A DNA stretch of 64,000 nt from Cyanophora paradoxa CCMP329 (taxonomy: Eukaryota > Plantae > Glaucophyta), in NCBI GenBank assembly GCA_004431415.1, contig QPMI01000445.1, positions 1-64,000 of the forward strand, written 5' to 3'. Every line of letters starts with the position of its first letter. Position 1 is the stretch's first letter. Of this stretch, positions 1-12,172 are shown in pieces. Made by a program: the position numbers and the translations under genes. The notes under the pieces were generated by a model. The model did no database searches, had not been told where the DNA came from, and saw only the letters and a program-made list of their open reading frames with translations.

Positions 1-1749
1 CTTAGCCTGCAACGTCATGATCAAAGAGTCTATAGCACCGGACGAGGGAGAGAATTACGACGTCGGCCTCTGAACCCTGGGCAGCATCTACGGTGATCAC
101 CTGAGCATAGAACAACAAATCAAATTTAATGCGTGAGACATCGAGTATTAATATTAATGAATCTGAAATCGAAGGCGATGTGCATTAAAAATTCTAGCGC
201 ACCTCGACGCGCTTGTCGGTGTCCGAGTAGCTCTTGATCGCGTCGCGCAGCTTTCTCGTCTGCATCTTGTACAGGGAGATGATCGCGATGCTGTGCCGCG
301 CGCTCTTGGCTCTCTCTGCTCGGTAGACCTCCATGACCTTGTCGACCTGGAGGTCGGCGTCGGCGGGAGAAATTAAATTAACGTCGACGTCACGATCAAC
401 GACATCGAAACGCACCTCGTCGAGGTTGAAGGGGGACGTTGAGTTGTGGTAAGTCTGTTCAAGACCTTGCACGTCGTGCCAGCGCAGGGCCTCCGCGGCG
501 GGGCGCCGCCTCTGGCTGGCGAGCCCGCTGCCATCGCGCAGCCCGCCATCGTAGAAGAGCGACGACACTATTGCACGAATGGAAGGATGCATACGGTACT
601 GTTCCCTGCGGAGGAATCGGTAAGATGGTGCTGATCGATATGAAGAGGAATTCGGAGCAAGATTCATGATCACAAACCGCAGCATAAAACAGGCGCCACG
701 GCTTTCCACGTTGACTGCGCTTAATTCCAAGCTCGAGCCCCCCACAAAAACTTCTGTTCGTCGCGGCATTCGACTGCACGCTCCATAAGGCTCCTTATGT
801 GCGAGCCTGCGGGCTGCAATGAGTTCTATAACACCAAATATAGCACACCATGGGGCGGTGATCATGATACACACGGTAAATAATCTTGTCGTGGTGCGAT
901 TGGGGCTCCTGGATCGCCGAGAAGGGCGGCAGCTGCTTGTGGTCGCCGACCAAGACGAGGTTCTTGGCTCCTGAGCATACGCATCAATCCGGCCCAGCGC
1001 CTATTATACTAGGGCATGATCATTAGACGCACCGAGGCGGAGGAGGAGGGGGATGGATGTCTCCGGAGTGCATGCCGCCTGCACAAATTTTAAATGCGAT
1101 ACATCGCCGGCCGCGAGTAAGATCTTGACTGCAATCTCTGATGATCATGATCACCTCGTCGACGATTGCGGTGTGGATCGAGACGTCCGTCACATGGTTG
1201 TCGGCGAGCTCCCGCATCATCGAACCTGTACACGTGCATGTCTCAGTGATCAGTCTTCCATAAACGATTCTTGTTGCTGCACCTGTTGCCGCGATTGTTG
1301 AAAGGTAGACGCGAGAGGTGCGGAGGATGTCCTTACGAGCCTCAATCTGCGCGGACATCGACGTTGGGCGATGGAGAGGGAAACGGCCCTCTCCTGATCT
1401 AGAGAAATCTCACCTTCTTCACCGTGAGAACTGCAGGAACTTCCGCTTCCAGCATGGCCGCGAGGCGGTGCAGGCGGCATATCCAGCGGAAACGGCGGCT
1501 GCGCGCTAGCATGTGGAGCCAAACCGAACGCAGGATCTTGCAGTGAACTCTCCAACGTTCGGATTTCTTCTGATCGTAGAGCGCCCTTCCTGGAAAGCGG
1601 AATTTAATTTGTTGGCTGCAAGTTCAAGCTTGCAGAATGTCTATATATTGGGCCAGGCGCACGGATCCGTGACTCCGCTCTGTTGATTCGGGCCTCCAGA
1701 GGAGCCATAAGCTCTTTGATGCGTGTGTCGGTACACTTCAGAAGGCGCA
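1..1749 (-). CDS. Host SF1 (UPF1/DNA2/NAM7-like) helicase, 3' part, multi-exon, interrupted by the viral insertion and running off the window edge
   Basis: Minus-strand exons carry SF1B motifs IVDE, KNLVLVGDHKQLPP, EQYRMHPSIRAIVSSLFYDGGL, IAIISLYKMQ and VITVDAAQGSEADVVILS. Confidence 0.85.
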
Positions 1750-1822
1750 ACACATATGAATATTCATATTTTAATCCCTCGGCGTTCCGCCTCAGGATTA
1801 AAATATGAATATTCATATGTGT
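1750..1822. repeat. Terminal 73-bp hairpin (perfect 28-bp arms, 17-nt loop), mirrored at 28089-28161
   Basis: ACACATATGAATATTCATATTTTAATCC (1750-1777) pairs with GGATTAAAATATGAATATTCATATGTGT (1795-1822). Confidence 0.95.
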
Positions 1823-2565
1823 GATTCGATGTTATATCAATAAAATCGATTAATTTATTTGAATTTTCACATGAATTTTCATATTTGTAAATGCATTTTC
1901 AATTAATTTAATCGATGTTATATCGATAAACTCGATTAATCGATATTGTATCTTAATTGTAGTTAATCGGAATTATATCAATAACTTCGATTGATCTTAA
2001 TTGAATCCTAAATGAATCTAATCGGAATTATATCAATAAATTCGATTAAATCATGTTCTTTTCCGATTAAATCAAATAAATATTTAACTTTGTTATCATA
2101 AGTGGTCTAAGTTGACTCACTTTTCATAAACATTTTGAACTCTTAGTCTCTTTGAATTTCTTAAGATGACTCAACTTAGTCAACTTAGTCAACTTTGTTA
2201 CCATAATCAATCAGGGTGGACTCACTTTTAGATCAACTTTGAAATTTCAAGCAAAATCAACTTGGATTTCAAAAGTGGATCTTCTAAGTGGACTCAAAAT
2301 GTTCACTTTGTGATACATGTTAGCTCAAATCCTTACTGTTTATGGTCAGGGTTGACTAAGTGGGGGAGTTGACACATTTTTTCAAATCCTTTTTAGAAAA
2401 CTTTAGGTCCCAAATATTTCCTGTGAAATTTGAGTCAACTCAACCCACTTAGTCAACCCTCCCATTGAATTCGTAACAAAATCCATATACTTTTACTACT
2501 TTTACGATTAATATGAGTCAACCTTGAGTCCACTTAAATATAAATATAATATAATAGGGGGAATC
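1750..2565 (+). repeat. Left terminal inverted repeat (816 bp)
   Basis: Reverse complement of 27345-28161. The only difference I noticed is G5 (2362-2366) versus C6 (27544-27549). Confidence 0.96.
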
Positions 2566-2859
2566 TAGGGCAGATGCTTAGAAACATATGAATTATTGAG
2601 CCTATGATACTTACATAGTCACGCTGGTCTCGTTGAGAGGATTCCGAATCTGTTTTTATCTTTGTGAGATGATGAGTTGGTGAAGAGATACATGCTTTTT
2701 AGTGTTTTGTATGGGAGTTTTCGATATGACGTCATCATGACGTTGCATATGTATATGATATATATGACACACGGGCGGACTCGGGAGATTATGACGATCA
2801 CGGCGATGTGTTAATTGTCATATTGTTTATGTATATATGTTTGGCGCAATCTGATTGGT

Positions 2860-3422
2860 GTGCTTGAAACCACATAATTCGTGCTTTAAACCACATAATT
2901 CGTGCTTTAAACCACATAATTCGTGCTTGAAATCACTTATTAAAAAATAATTCGTGCTTGAAATCACTAATTAAAAGATAATTCGTGCTTGAAATCACTT
3001 ATTAAAAGATAATTCGTGCTTGAAATACTTATTGAAAGATAATTCGTGCTTGAAATCACTAATTGAAAGATAATTCGTGCTTGAAATCACTAATTGAAAG
3101 ATAATTCGTGCTTGAAATCACTAATTGAAAGATAATTCGTGCTTGAAATCACTAATTAAGAGATAATTCGTGCTTGAAATCACTAATTGAAAGATAATTC
3201 GTGCTTGAAATCACTTATTAAGAGATAATTCGTGCTTGAAACCACTGATTAAAAGATAATTCGTGCCTAAAACCACTAATTAAAAGATAATTCGTGCTTG
3301 AAATCACTAATTGAAAGATAATTCGTGCTTGAAATCACTAATTGATAGATAATTCGTGCTTGAAACCACTGATTAAAAGATAATTCGTGCCTGAAACCAC
3401 TAATTAAAAGATAATTCGTGCT
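2860..3422. repeat. Tandem array: 3 x 21-bp units then ~16 x 31-bp units (GTGCTTGAAATCACTAATTGAAAGATAATTC)
   Basis: Near-identical head-to-tail units read directly; no unique spacers. Confidence 0.95.
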
Positions 3423-3424
3423 AA

Positions 3425-3524
3425 ATGAAATCGATTACATGATATCGATTACATGAAATCGATTACGTACATGAAATCGATTGCATGAAATCGATTACAT
3501 GAAATCGATTACATGAAATCGATT
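3425..3524. repeat. ~7 x 14-bp tandem repeat ATGAAATCGATTAC
   Basis: Read directly; contains the palindromic core AATCGATT. Confidence 0.9.
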
Positions 3525-3748
3525 TCCATAAAGAATAAAACATTTCGCCGAAGTTTCGCCGAAGTTTCGGTTTTTCGATTGTCGGCATCTTCAAACGCTT
3601 GTATCTCATCACCAGATAGTCAACTTGCAGCGTTCTGCATAGCATTGTGAAGCGCTTGATACGATCTACAAGACTATGTGTATATCATATGCATATATGT
3701 ATATCACACATACATATATTTGGAAAAAACGAGTTTTCGGCTATGAAA

Positions 3749-5132
3749 CTAGCTAGTTTTGGTCCTTTCTCTTAGTGTTCTTTGAGGTTTAGGGGCTGTA
3801 TATGACTCCTTAGTAGTCTGAAAGTCATTATACCATCTCTGGCTATTCACTTCTGAAAGTTTCTGTGTCCCTGCTATAGTGAGCTTTTTGAGTTCCCTGC
3901 TAACTTTTCCAGCCTTCTCCTTCCTAGCCTCTATCAAAGGCTTATCTGGGACTTCATTAGCAGCTTCTATGCCTTCTCTCCTTATAGCAGCATCAACCCT
4001 AGCTTCCTCCTTGGCTTGCTCTAAGGCATCCACTGTAGGGGTTTCTAGATATTCAACTGCATTCACAGGCAACAGCTCATGGAAAGCAAACCTGTTTTCT
4101 ATGATCTCACCATTGGGACTCCTTAGCTTAAACTTAAAGCCTTCCCTACTATCAACTGTGTAAACCATCCTAGACCAATTGTTACCCTGTTTAGCAAAGG
4201 GTTCTTCTCAACTTTCACTCTAACAAACATGCCAGGCTGCATGGTATCAAGGTAAGCTATTGATTTCTTGAATCTCTCATCTTCTAATCCCACTATATAC
4301 CTATAATGCTCCTCTGTAGTTTCGCCTGGCTTCATCTTAGTAGCTGAGTGAACTGTATTATTGTAATTATACTCAATATCACCTAACACATCAAAGAATC
4401 TAGCTGTGTTATTAGCTATGCAATAGTTTGTGATCAGTCTCTTAATCTGCTTGTTAAAGGCTTCAATTCGACCTTGGCTTCTATGGTCAGCAGTTCCACT
4501 CACTTGGTGTTCTATGAATTTACTAGATAAATATTCCTGGAATATTCGATTTTGGAACTCACTCCCAGCATCTGATTGAACCTTTACTATGGGTCTTGCT
4601 ACTCTCATCTCAAGCTGTTTAAATGCAGCCAATGTAGTGAGAGCTGATTTATCCCTTATAGGTATGATATACCCAGTTCTCAGTGTTGATTCCATTGCAG
4701 TCATAAATGTATCATAGCCATTGTTTTGTTTCTTATAAGCTGGGAAAAAGAGCAAATCAATCACATAGGTATCAAGGGTTGCCTAATTGGGACCATGGGA
4801 TCTCTCTTCCTAGATATAGCAGGTGCATTGATCTGAACTACCTCTTGTTTTTTATAGAACTCTTGCAACTGCTTATAGGATTCATCTGGTAACTCAGCCC
4901 TCATAGCTTGAAGCCCTTTGTAACCAGTTCTCACATCATAGAATCTCTTGGCAATCTTGCTGGTTTCTTTCACTGCAATAGCAACTGGGATCTCTACTGG
5001 GACAAGCTCTTTCATCTCAGACTTTTTAACAATTCGAGATTCCCCTTTTTCCTCCTTTGGAATTGTGATAGGCAACAGGTTACCTTGCAGTTGCTCAGTG
5101 GTTCTTCTAACTATTCTTCCAGTTGCTGGCAT
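3749..5132 (-). CDS. Retroviral-like (rve) DDE integrase, split into 3 ORFs by two single-base homopolymer deletions
   Basis: Catalytic motifs VIDL, VQSDAGSEF and GRIEAFNK, plus YNNTVHSATKMKP. Adding 1 nt at ~4777 and ~4197 restores QPLDTYVIDL and NPFAKQGNNWSRMVY. Confidence 0.92.
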
Positions 5133-5135
5133 CTC

Positions 5136-8100
5136 TTAATTAAAAGGAACAGAATTAATACCATCTGGTAAGATGTATCTCTTTGCATCAAAGCAGTTTA
5201 GGGCAACCCTTCTACTCACAGTATCTATTATTGTGTGATCTGCCCTTCTCTTCTGCTTTGCAGTCACAGTCTTGCTGATACCTGCAAATAAACACTCCTT
5301 AAAATCATTAAATTGGAGTTCCTCAGTTGAAGTCCCAGAGAGCTTACTCCTCTCAATCTCAGCAGTTCTGAAACTGTAAACTTTGGCTCTGAGACCCACA
5401 TACTCCAATATAGCAGAACCTGGCATCTCATTTTTGTATTTACCTGGGTCATTCTGGAATCACCTCCAAGGTCTAATGCATAGGATATATTCTCTATATC
5501 TTTTTGTAAGGTCTTAGATTCAATATATAGACAGAAGGAGTCAGTATCATGGAATAGTAACTTTGCTTTTGTCCATTGGGACCTTACAGTATCATAGAAG
5601 AACTGGTAATTATGCAGTTTGGCTGCATCCAAAACATAAGCCCCAATTGCAACAGGCTTATCTAGTTTCACATGCTTTGTGTAAAACTCAAAAGCAACTG
5701 CTTTTTCGTTTATGGGACTTGTTGATTTCACCAATGGGGAAGCTGCATATTTCATAAATAGCTTCTCAGTATTAGCAATCTTTACCACAGATCTACCTCT
5801 ACATGATTCAATGCATTTCCCATAGATTGAATTATTCATCAGTTTATAGAAATCAGCCTCGAATTTATTCACTGCTTTCCTTCTCATCTCAGTGTTCAGC
5901 TCAATATAAGATTTCATTACAGGAGCCACAGTAAATGATAGGACCCTGTGAATTTTCTTTAATTTCACCCCTTTGTCCAACAGATACTGTAGGAGAGGCT
6001 CAGAAATCACATAGTTTGCCACAGAACCAAAGGTTGCAGTTAGCTTAGGGGTCTTATCAAGCTCTTCTCCTGAAAGATCCAACAGGCTCTTTTGATATTG
6101 TGATAATTCCGCATATTCTACTATTTTCTTGTTAATAATTAGGGGGAAATCACTGTGGTCTAGATATAGCCTTATTGGGTATTCCAGATCAACTTCCAGG
6201 AAACTGGATCTGTTATCTTGTGGGTTGAATTCGGTCTCCCATCTAAAATCACCAACTGGAATTGGCTGACTCAAACAGTAGCCATACAAGTTGTTAGCAT
6301 CAAACAGCATTATATGGGAGTTCTCACCATCAGCCTCAGCATACCTACAAGGCATTGTTGCAAAGCCACCCCTGATTCCCCTCTCAACAAATTCGTATTG
6401 CTCTACATCACTTATAAGCTCTATTTTTGCCTTGGTGGTCCTAAGCATAGCATCCCAAGATAACCCAGGTGCAGATACATAATGAACTGGGTCCAATCCA
6501 TATACTGAGTGTGAAAGCCTTCTAAAAGCCTGGAATTTGTTCATTAACTCATCTACATCAGCAGCTCCAAAATCCATGAAATTGCTTGCATCAATGAACT
6601 TGTAAAGACCCCATTGCAATGACAGGTATTGATCAAAGTTTTTCGAAAGGATTTCGATTCGCTTTTTATCACCCATGCCTGCTATTTTTCTGAAAATGAA
6701 TGTCCCACAGTCATCCATTTGGTCAACAACAACTGCAACTTTGGTTTGCTTTGAGATTCTCCTATGGAGATTGCAGTTTCTGCATGCAGGAGCAATATAA
6801 TGACCTGTGTGGTGATCATGATCCCTGCATTTGAAGTTTTCTTTAGTGAACCTCTCACTGCAAAGGTAACAGTGTTTAGTAGCCCTGTAAACAGCCTTTT
6901 GCTCATCTGTGAGTTCATTCATGGGAATATTGGTAAACAGGAAGTCAATTAGCTCTCTTGCTTTGGATTCCAAGCATTCAAACAGACCTCCCATTGGATC
7001 CTGACCCTCAAATCGAAAATCTTGAACATCTGCCCCAGTGACTATTCTAATGTTGACTGCTGAGACTTCCCTCTTGGATTTCGATGCATCTATGGGGATG
7101 CTTCTATGTTCAATCTTGCAGTAAACCACAACAGGAAGCCAAACAGTTTTCCTGAGGTTTTTCAGTCCAAACTCTATGGTGGTCTCAGGTTTTGGTGTGA
7201 TTCCCTTTGAGAGTCTCCAATCAATGCATCTGTTTGAGTCCACATGAGCAGTGAGTTTAGCCTCAGACCTGAATCGAGATAAGCATGTGTCACAGTAGTG
7301 TAACTTCTGATCATTGTATGTTTCATGGTTTACTTTCAATAGCCTTGAAAGGGACATGATTGTAATATAGTGACCATTCCCTTCATCATCAAATATCAGC
7401 ATGAGATTAACCTTATGCTTTCTGCCTGGGTTACTTGATTGATGCAGGGGATAAATAACCTCTCCATCGATTCCAAATATATTAATGCTAATGCCTGCAT
7501 TTTGAGCCTCGAATTTATCAATAATATCAGCATCACAGGCAACAGGGAATGGGATGTTATCGAAATTGAGAGCCAGCGGATTATAAGCGATTGCTGAGTA
7601 TTTCCATTTGCGATATTGTGAAAGCTCATTCCTCTTATGGGAGTTTATCGCTTTTCTGTGAATATATGCCAAAATTGCATTTTCGAAGCAGGAATCATCA
7701 ATATTTCGAATATTTACTGTGGCTCTCTTCCTAGCAATCCACTCTGGGGTTTGTAGAAAGCATCCACCAGTTGGAGCATAACTCATAATAGCCACTCTGA
7801 GTATTTCAATTCTTTCTAAGCGATAGCTATCAACCACATTCATCTGCTCCTGACACATTTGGGCTGCTTTATTCAGCTCAGTTCGAATATTTCTCGACCT
7901 GGTTAATACAAAGTAATCACTGTAAATGTATTTCGATATCCAAACCTGTGGATTGCTCACTTTAACGAACTTGCAGATAAAAGACAAGCGAACCTTGATT
8001 GCCCTGAATTGATCTAAACCCTGCTTTAATCGATTTGGAAGGGATGTAGCAATTCTATCCAGGAATTCAATCACATCTACAACAACTTCCCTTCTGGCTC

Positions 8101-8380
8101 TGTATGTGAGCCAGCGATATAATTCATTCATGGCTGTTCCATCTTCTGCCTCTGGTTCTATTTGCCTAAGCCTATCCAGTTCATCCAAGGTTTCAATTTT
8201 ATCATATAGGTTATTTGCTTTTCTGGTTAATCTGCTTAAAGTGGGTCTGCCCCTTGCAATTAAATCTATTTCCCGGTCATATTCAGCCTCTGTAATTTCA
8301 TGGGCTGCATAAAGTGTTCCCAGCAATCCCATGAGTTCCCATTTCTTCTCCCTTATGAGTTTGTTGGTAATTCGGGGCAT
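5136..8380 (-). CDS. Protein-primed family B DNA polymerase (N-terminal OTU-like protease motifs, C2H2 finger, EndoVII insert), one frameshift near 5447
   Basis: Polymerase motifs DANNLYG, KLMNNSIYGK and HDTDS. EndoVII-type CYLC...DHDHHTG...ACRNCN. DDSCF...GHY. Adding 1 nt restores TPGKYKNEMPG. Confidence 0.93.
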
Positions 8381-8440
8381 TATTCCTAACTTGTTCCTAT
8401 TCTAAGGGGATATTTTATTTTAGGATGTTCTAAACGCAAT

Positions 8441-8791
8441 TTAAAATGTTTTAATGGATCCATTGGCTTCCTCTGAATGAAATCGCAAAAACCTATTAAT
8501 CCTAAATCGAGATTTCGGTTTTTGTAGATTGACTATCCAAGGTTCAAACAAATACATGTAATATGCTTCTCTGTTCATAAGGTCTTCATGCCCACCCTTC
8601 TTAGTTGAATAAAGGACTGAAAACCTCACATCAGAAGCCTTGCATAGGTCTGCTGTTGATGGCATTTGACCTGATTTGTGTTGTTTCCATCGGATATGTA
8701 GTTTTTGTGAGGTTCTCCCTATATAAACTTTATTCAATTCTTCACTCTCAATCATATAGATCGATCCAGAATCATGATCTGTTCCAGCCAT
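8441..8791 (-). CDS. GIY-YIG endonuclease
   Basis: GSIYMI...KVYIGRT...RWKQH...REAYY...N. Confidence 0.88.
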   Translation of the reverse strand: MAGTDHDSGSIYMIESEELNKVYIGRTSQKLHIRWKQHKSGQMPSTADLCKASDVRFSVLYSTKKGGHEDLMNREAYYMYLFEPWIVNLQKPKSRFRINRFLRFHSEEANGSIKTF

Positions 8792-8842
8792 TTCTTACTA
8801 CTTACATATAAATATATTTTTCTATCTCTTAAATCATTTTTT

Positions 8843-8948
8843 GGTTGACTTAGTGGGTGGAGTTGAGGCACTTTTTATTTCTTTTTAGGGCAGAGTCCTT
8901 TTTTAGAATCTGTGAAAAAATGAGTCAACTCCCCCCACTTAGTCAACC
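8843..8948. promoter_or_regulatory. Internal copy of a TIR sub-element (24-bp inverted-repeat pair), putative origin or protein-binding site
   Basis: GGTTGACTTAGTGGGTGGAGTTGA...TCAACTCCCCCCACTTAGTCAACC matches 2350-2458 and its mirror near 27452-27561. Confidence 0.7.
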
Positions 8949-9028
8949 TAATCGATAAATAAACCGTAAATAAAAGACTGTTTGGGTCTTTTATGATAAA
9001 TTTGAATCAACTGTGAGTCCACCTTTGA

Positions 9029-11628
9029 CTAAACTTCAACTTCAACATCTGAATCATAATCTGATGCATCAGGATCAGCAGCAGGTAGGTCTTGTTTCAT
9101 CCTTGGATTAGCTTCTTCCTCAATAGTTTCATCATCTACAAGTTTCATCTTTCTGAATTCCTCAAATACTTGTGGGAATAGGAAATGATAGTATTGTTTG
9201 CCATTTGTAGTTTTCACTTGGATATATGTCACACTTCTCATTTCAGTATAATACCTGCGACTATTATAATCGTTTTTATATTTATTGCTGGTAATGAACT
9301 CCTGGAACCATTTCCAGGTTTCCACAAGGCTACCAGACTTGCATTTATTCTCGGAAATTAAGCCTCGATCCACAAGCCACTTAGTGAACATAAGAATGAT
9401 TGGAGCGCACACCTGTTGGGCTAAATAGTATTTATTTGTAAGGGGTCTATCAGCAATCCAGTTCACATCCTCACAGTCAACTTTGGTTCTCAAATAGTGG
9501 GCAATGTTTCGAATATTGCAGTGATCATTTAGCCATTTTACAAGTGGAAGGAAGTATGACCTATCCTTTGCGAATTTCTTACTAACTTCAACAACCACAA
9601 ATCGCCTATCTCCAGCTTCAATTTTCACTGGAATGTTGTTATTGCTGGTGAATATAATCCTGGCAAAGTTGCTTTTTGTGTATGAATCTATCCCTTTGTG
9701 TTCAATTACAATCTTATCAGAAGTTATGAGATCTTTGAGCATATCATTATTTTCGAATGTGTCCTTGCCTGAGGCTTCATTCACAACAATCAAGATCTTA
9801 TCCTCTCTATTGTGGGCAAATCGACCAAACAGATCCTCTTTTGGCTTTCCAGTTGCATAACTTAGGGCATCTCCAAGTATCTTCTTTTGGAAAGTATCAA
9901 CCAACACATTTTTACCAGTTCCCTGCTCACCAATGAAGATTAAGGATACTCCATTGAGTTCCCCAGGCTTTTGCAGCATGTGGGCAAACCATTTCAACAG
10001 ATATTCATAGGTATTTTGATCCTCACCAGACATTAAGAACAAGTGATCTAGGAAAGGCTTAATCATCTCAGCAGTTACATCCTCTGGAGCATTTTCGAAT
10101 TGCTGATGGTCGACCTTCATTCCTGGATAGAGATTAAATACAGACTTGCATTTTGCACTGAGAGTAGCAGGAGGGGAAGGAAATCCATGTAAGTTGATCT
10201 TGTGGCTGTTGGATCCACAATCCATTTCCTAAATGATTGCTCCCATTTCTCTTTCTCATTATCTGTTCCCTCATTGACAATCACCTTATGCATCAAATGG
10301 GGGAAATGCTTTGTAGAGAGCTTCCCAATATCTTTGGGCATCCAGCAAAGTAGTTGTTCATCCCAGAGCATCACACAACCAACATTTTCAACATGATGCA
10401 TTCGAGCATTGAAATACCTCTTATGCACATTGTAATGTTCAGCCAAAGGAGGGATACTTGCAGTCTTGTAATCGATTTCATCTGTGTCCTCTGGTAGGAA
10501 TGCATACTTTTTGGGGAAGAGTTCCTTGAAAAGCTCATTGTTATCTTTGCTCAACCAATAAACCAAGGATTTGAAGGTCAACACTTTGCCAGGCTCAGCC
10601 TTCTTCTTGCTTCTGCGAAGCTGTGTAAACTTCTCCTGGCATTCATCATAATCATACTTGTCACTCTGTTCTGAGAATTGGTGGAAGAGTTCAGCTTGCA
10701 TTTTAGGGGTGAACTTGTTGTCTTCCCCAACATTGATGATGACCAGTCCTACATCAATCCAAGTTTTATACTCATTAGCTCTCTCACCATTCAGACCCAT
10801 TATAACACTTTGTAGCAGTTCGAAAGTAACAGGATTTTCGGGTTCAGTGTCTTTTTCAGCTTCTACCTTCTCAGTCTTCACTTTATCACTTTTTGGCTCC
10901 TTTTTAACTGGTTTTGGCTCAGGGCTATAATTTGCGAATGCAGAAATATTCGATTCATCCACAAGTTTAGTAGAAGCTGAGAAGAAAGATACAAAGAAGT
11001 CCTCATTTCGCATTAACACTTTGTCACAGTCAACGAATTTCTTAAAGCAAACGTTTTTATCAACATCTTTCTTTGATTTATTTTGAGCATCCAGAGTCTC
11101 ACCTTTGCAGCAATTGAGGCAGATAAGGTTCTGTGTGGAGCTGTAAACTCCACTGTCATAATCCTCATTTTTCACCAATCCCATAGCTTTGAAAAGCTTG
11201 GGGATATCTTCATGTTTGCATGCAAGCGATTTAATGATAAAGTGGGCTGAGATCTTGAACTTGGTGACATCCTCCTTGATCAAATAAACCCTTCTATGGC
11301 GAACTGCAACAGCAATATCGTTAATCGAAGTGGTCCCAGATCGCTTCCATAGCTTATCTCTCATCTCTCTTACAACAGTTTCAGCCTCAGCATAGTTTTC
11401 AGCAATGTTCTCCTTCAAATCAGCGAATTTATCCAGGTCCAGGTAAACTCTGGTGACTTGTTCAGGCTGAATGCATTCAGCCCAGGTCTTAACCTTGCTA
11501 TTATCAATGGCTTCAAGGGCATCTTCAGCAGAATCAAATACATGGGTGACCTTGTTGCGATCACCAATGAGAGTACTAAGGAATGTAGCATTTTCAACAG
11601 GGGTGGCGAATTTCTCGATTTTGTTCAT
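9029..11628 (-). CDS. AEP primase + PriCT-2 + D5-like SF3 helicase, one frameshift near 10175
   Basis: AEP motifs RVYLDLD, SAHFII and YDSGVYS. PriCT-2-like YKTWIDVG...FSEQSDKYD. Walker A GEQGTGKN, Walker B VVNEA, motif C FTSNN. Confidence 0.9.
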
Positions 11629-11845
11629 TTTCGATTTTGGGGACTTCTACCTTTAACGAAGAAAATAATTTCGGAAGGAGGAATTGTCTTTTATATATAT
11701 CCTATTATTTGCCAAGTCCTTAAGTAGTTTTGGGTCGGGATACTGTCTCGATATATAGGTACAGTTTTAAAAAAGAGGGAAGAAAGCTGTCATTTTTTTG
11801 CCTCCGATCAAATCGATTTCTACAAAATTTGTTTCGATCGAGAAT

Positions 11846-12172
11846 TTATTCTTCGATATATTTCCGAGGTCTTCCAACCGGTTTATGCTCTTTGGGTGTC
11901 TTGGGTAGTTCGTCTTTTTTCTTGTGGTAGTATTCCAGCGCTTTTGCCTTTTTTTGCTCGCGATATTCTTCATTTTCCCTGTATTTCCTCTGGTGTCTGA
12001 GGGCAATCTTTTTGAGTTCTTCTGGTGTGTGAACTGTAGCGGCTCCTTGGGATAATCGTTCCTGCTTCTTTTTATGATAGGCTTCGCGTTTTCTTTGGGC
12101 ATCTTGCTCCCTTTTCAGTCTCAGCTTCTCTGCTTTTTCATCATCTGTGAGTATCTTGCGGATATTCGGCAT
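11846..12172 (-). CDS. Small basic protein with C-terminal AT-hook (GRPRKY)
   Basis: K/R-rich; paralogous to 12325-12570. Confidence 0.75.
   Translation of the reverse strand: MPNIRKILTDDEKAEKLRLKREQDAQRKREAYHKKKQERLSQGAATVHTPEELKKIALRHQRKYRENEEYREQKKAKALEYYHKKKDELPKTPKEHKPVGRPRKYIEE

Noticed and set aside
1604-1816. ORFs beginning MNIHILILRRNAEG at both ends (also 28095-28466)
   Set aside because: They are chance read-outs from the TIR hairpin into host sequence.
2860-3422. CRISPR-like appearance of the 31-bp array
   Set aside because: Units are contiguous near-identical copies with no unique spacers; there are no cas genes and the context is eukaryotic.
4123-10225. Programmed ribosomal frameshifting in the integrase, PolB or primase-helicase
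   Set aside because: The breaks fall at unrelated short homopolymers inside conserved domains, and the same type of indel occurs in the non-coding TIR.
11767-12102. 111-aa ORF overlapping the AT-hook gene
   Set aside because: It is an alternative frame of 11846-12172, which has a paralogue and an upstream motif.
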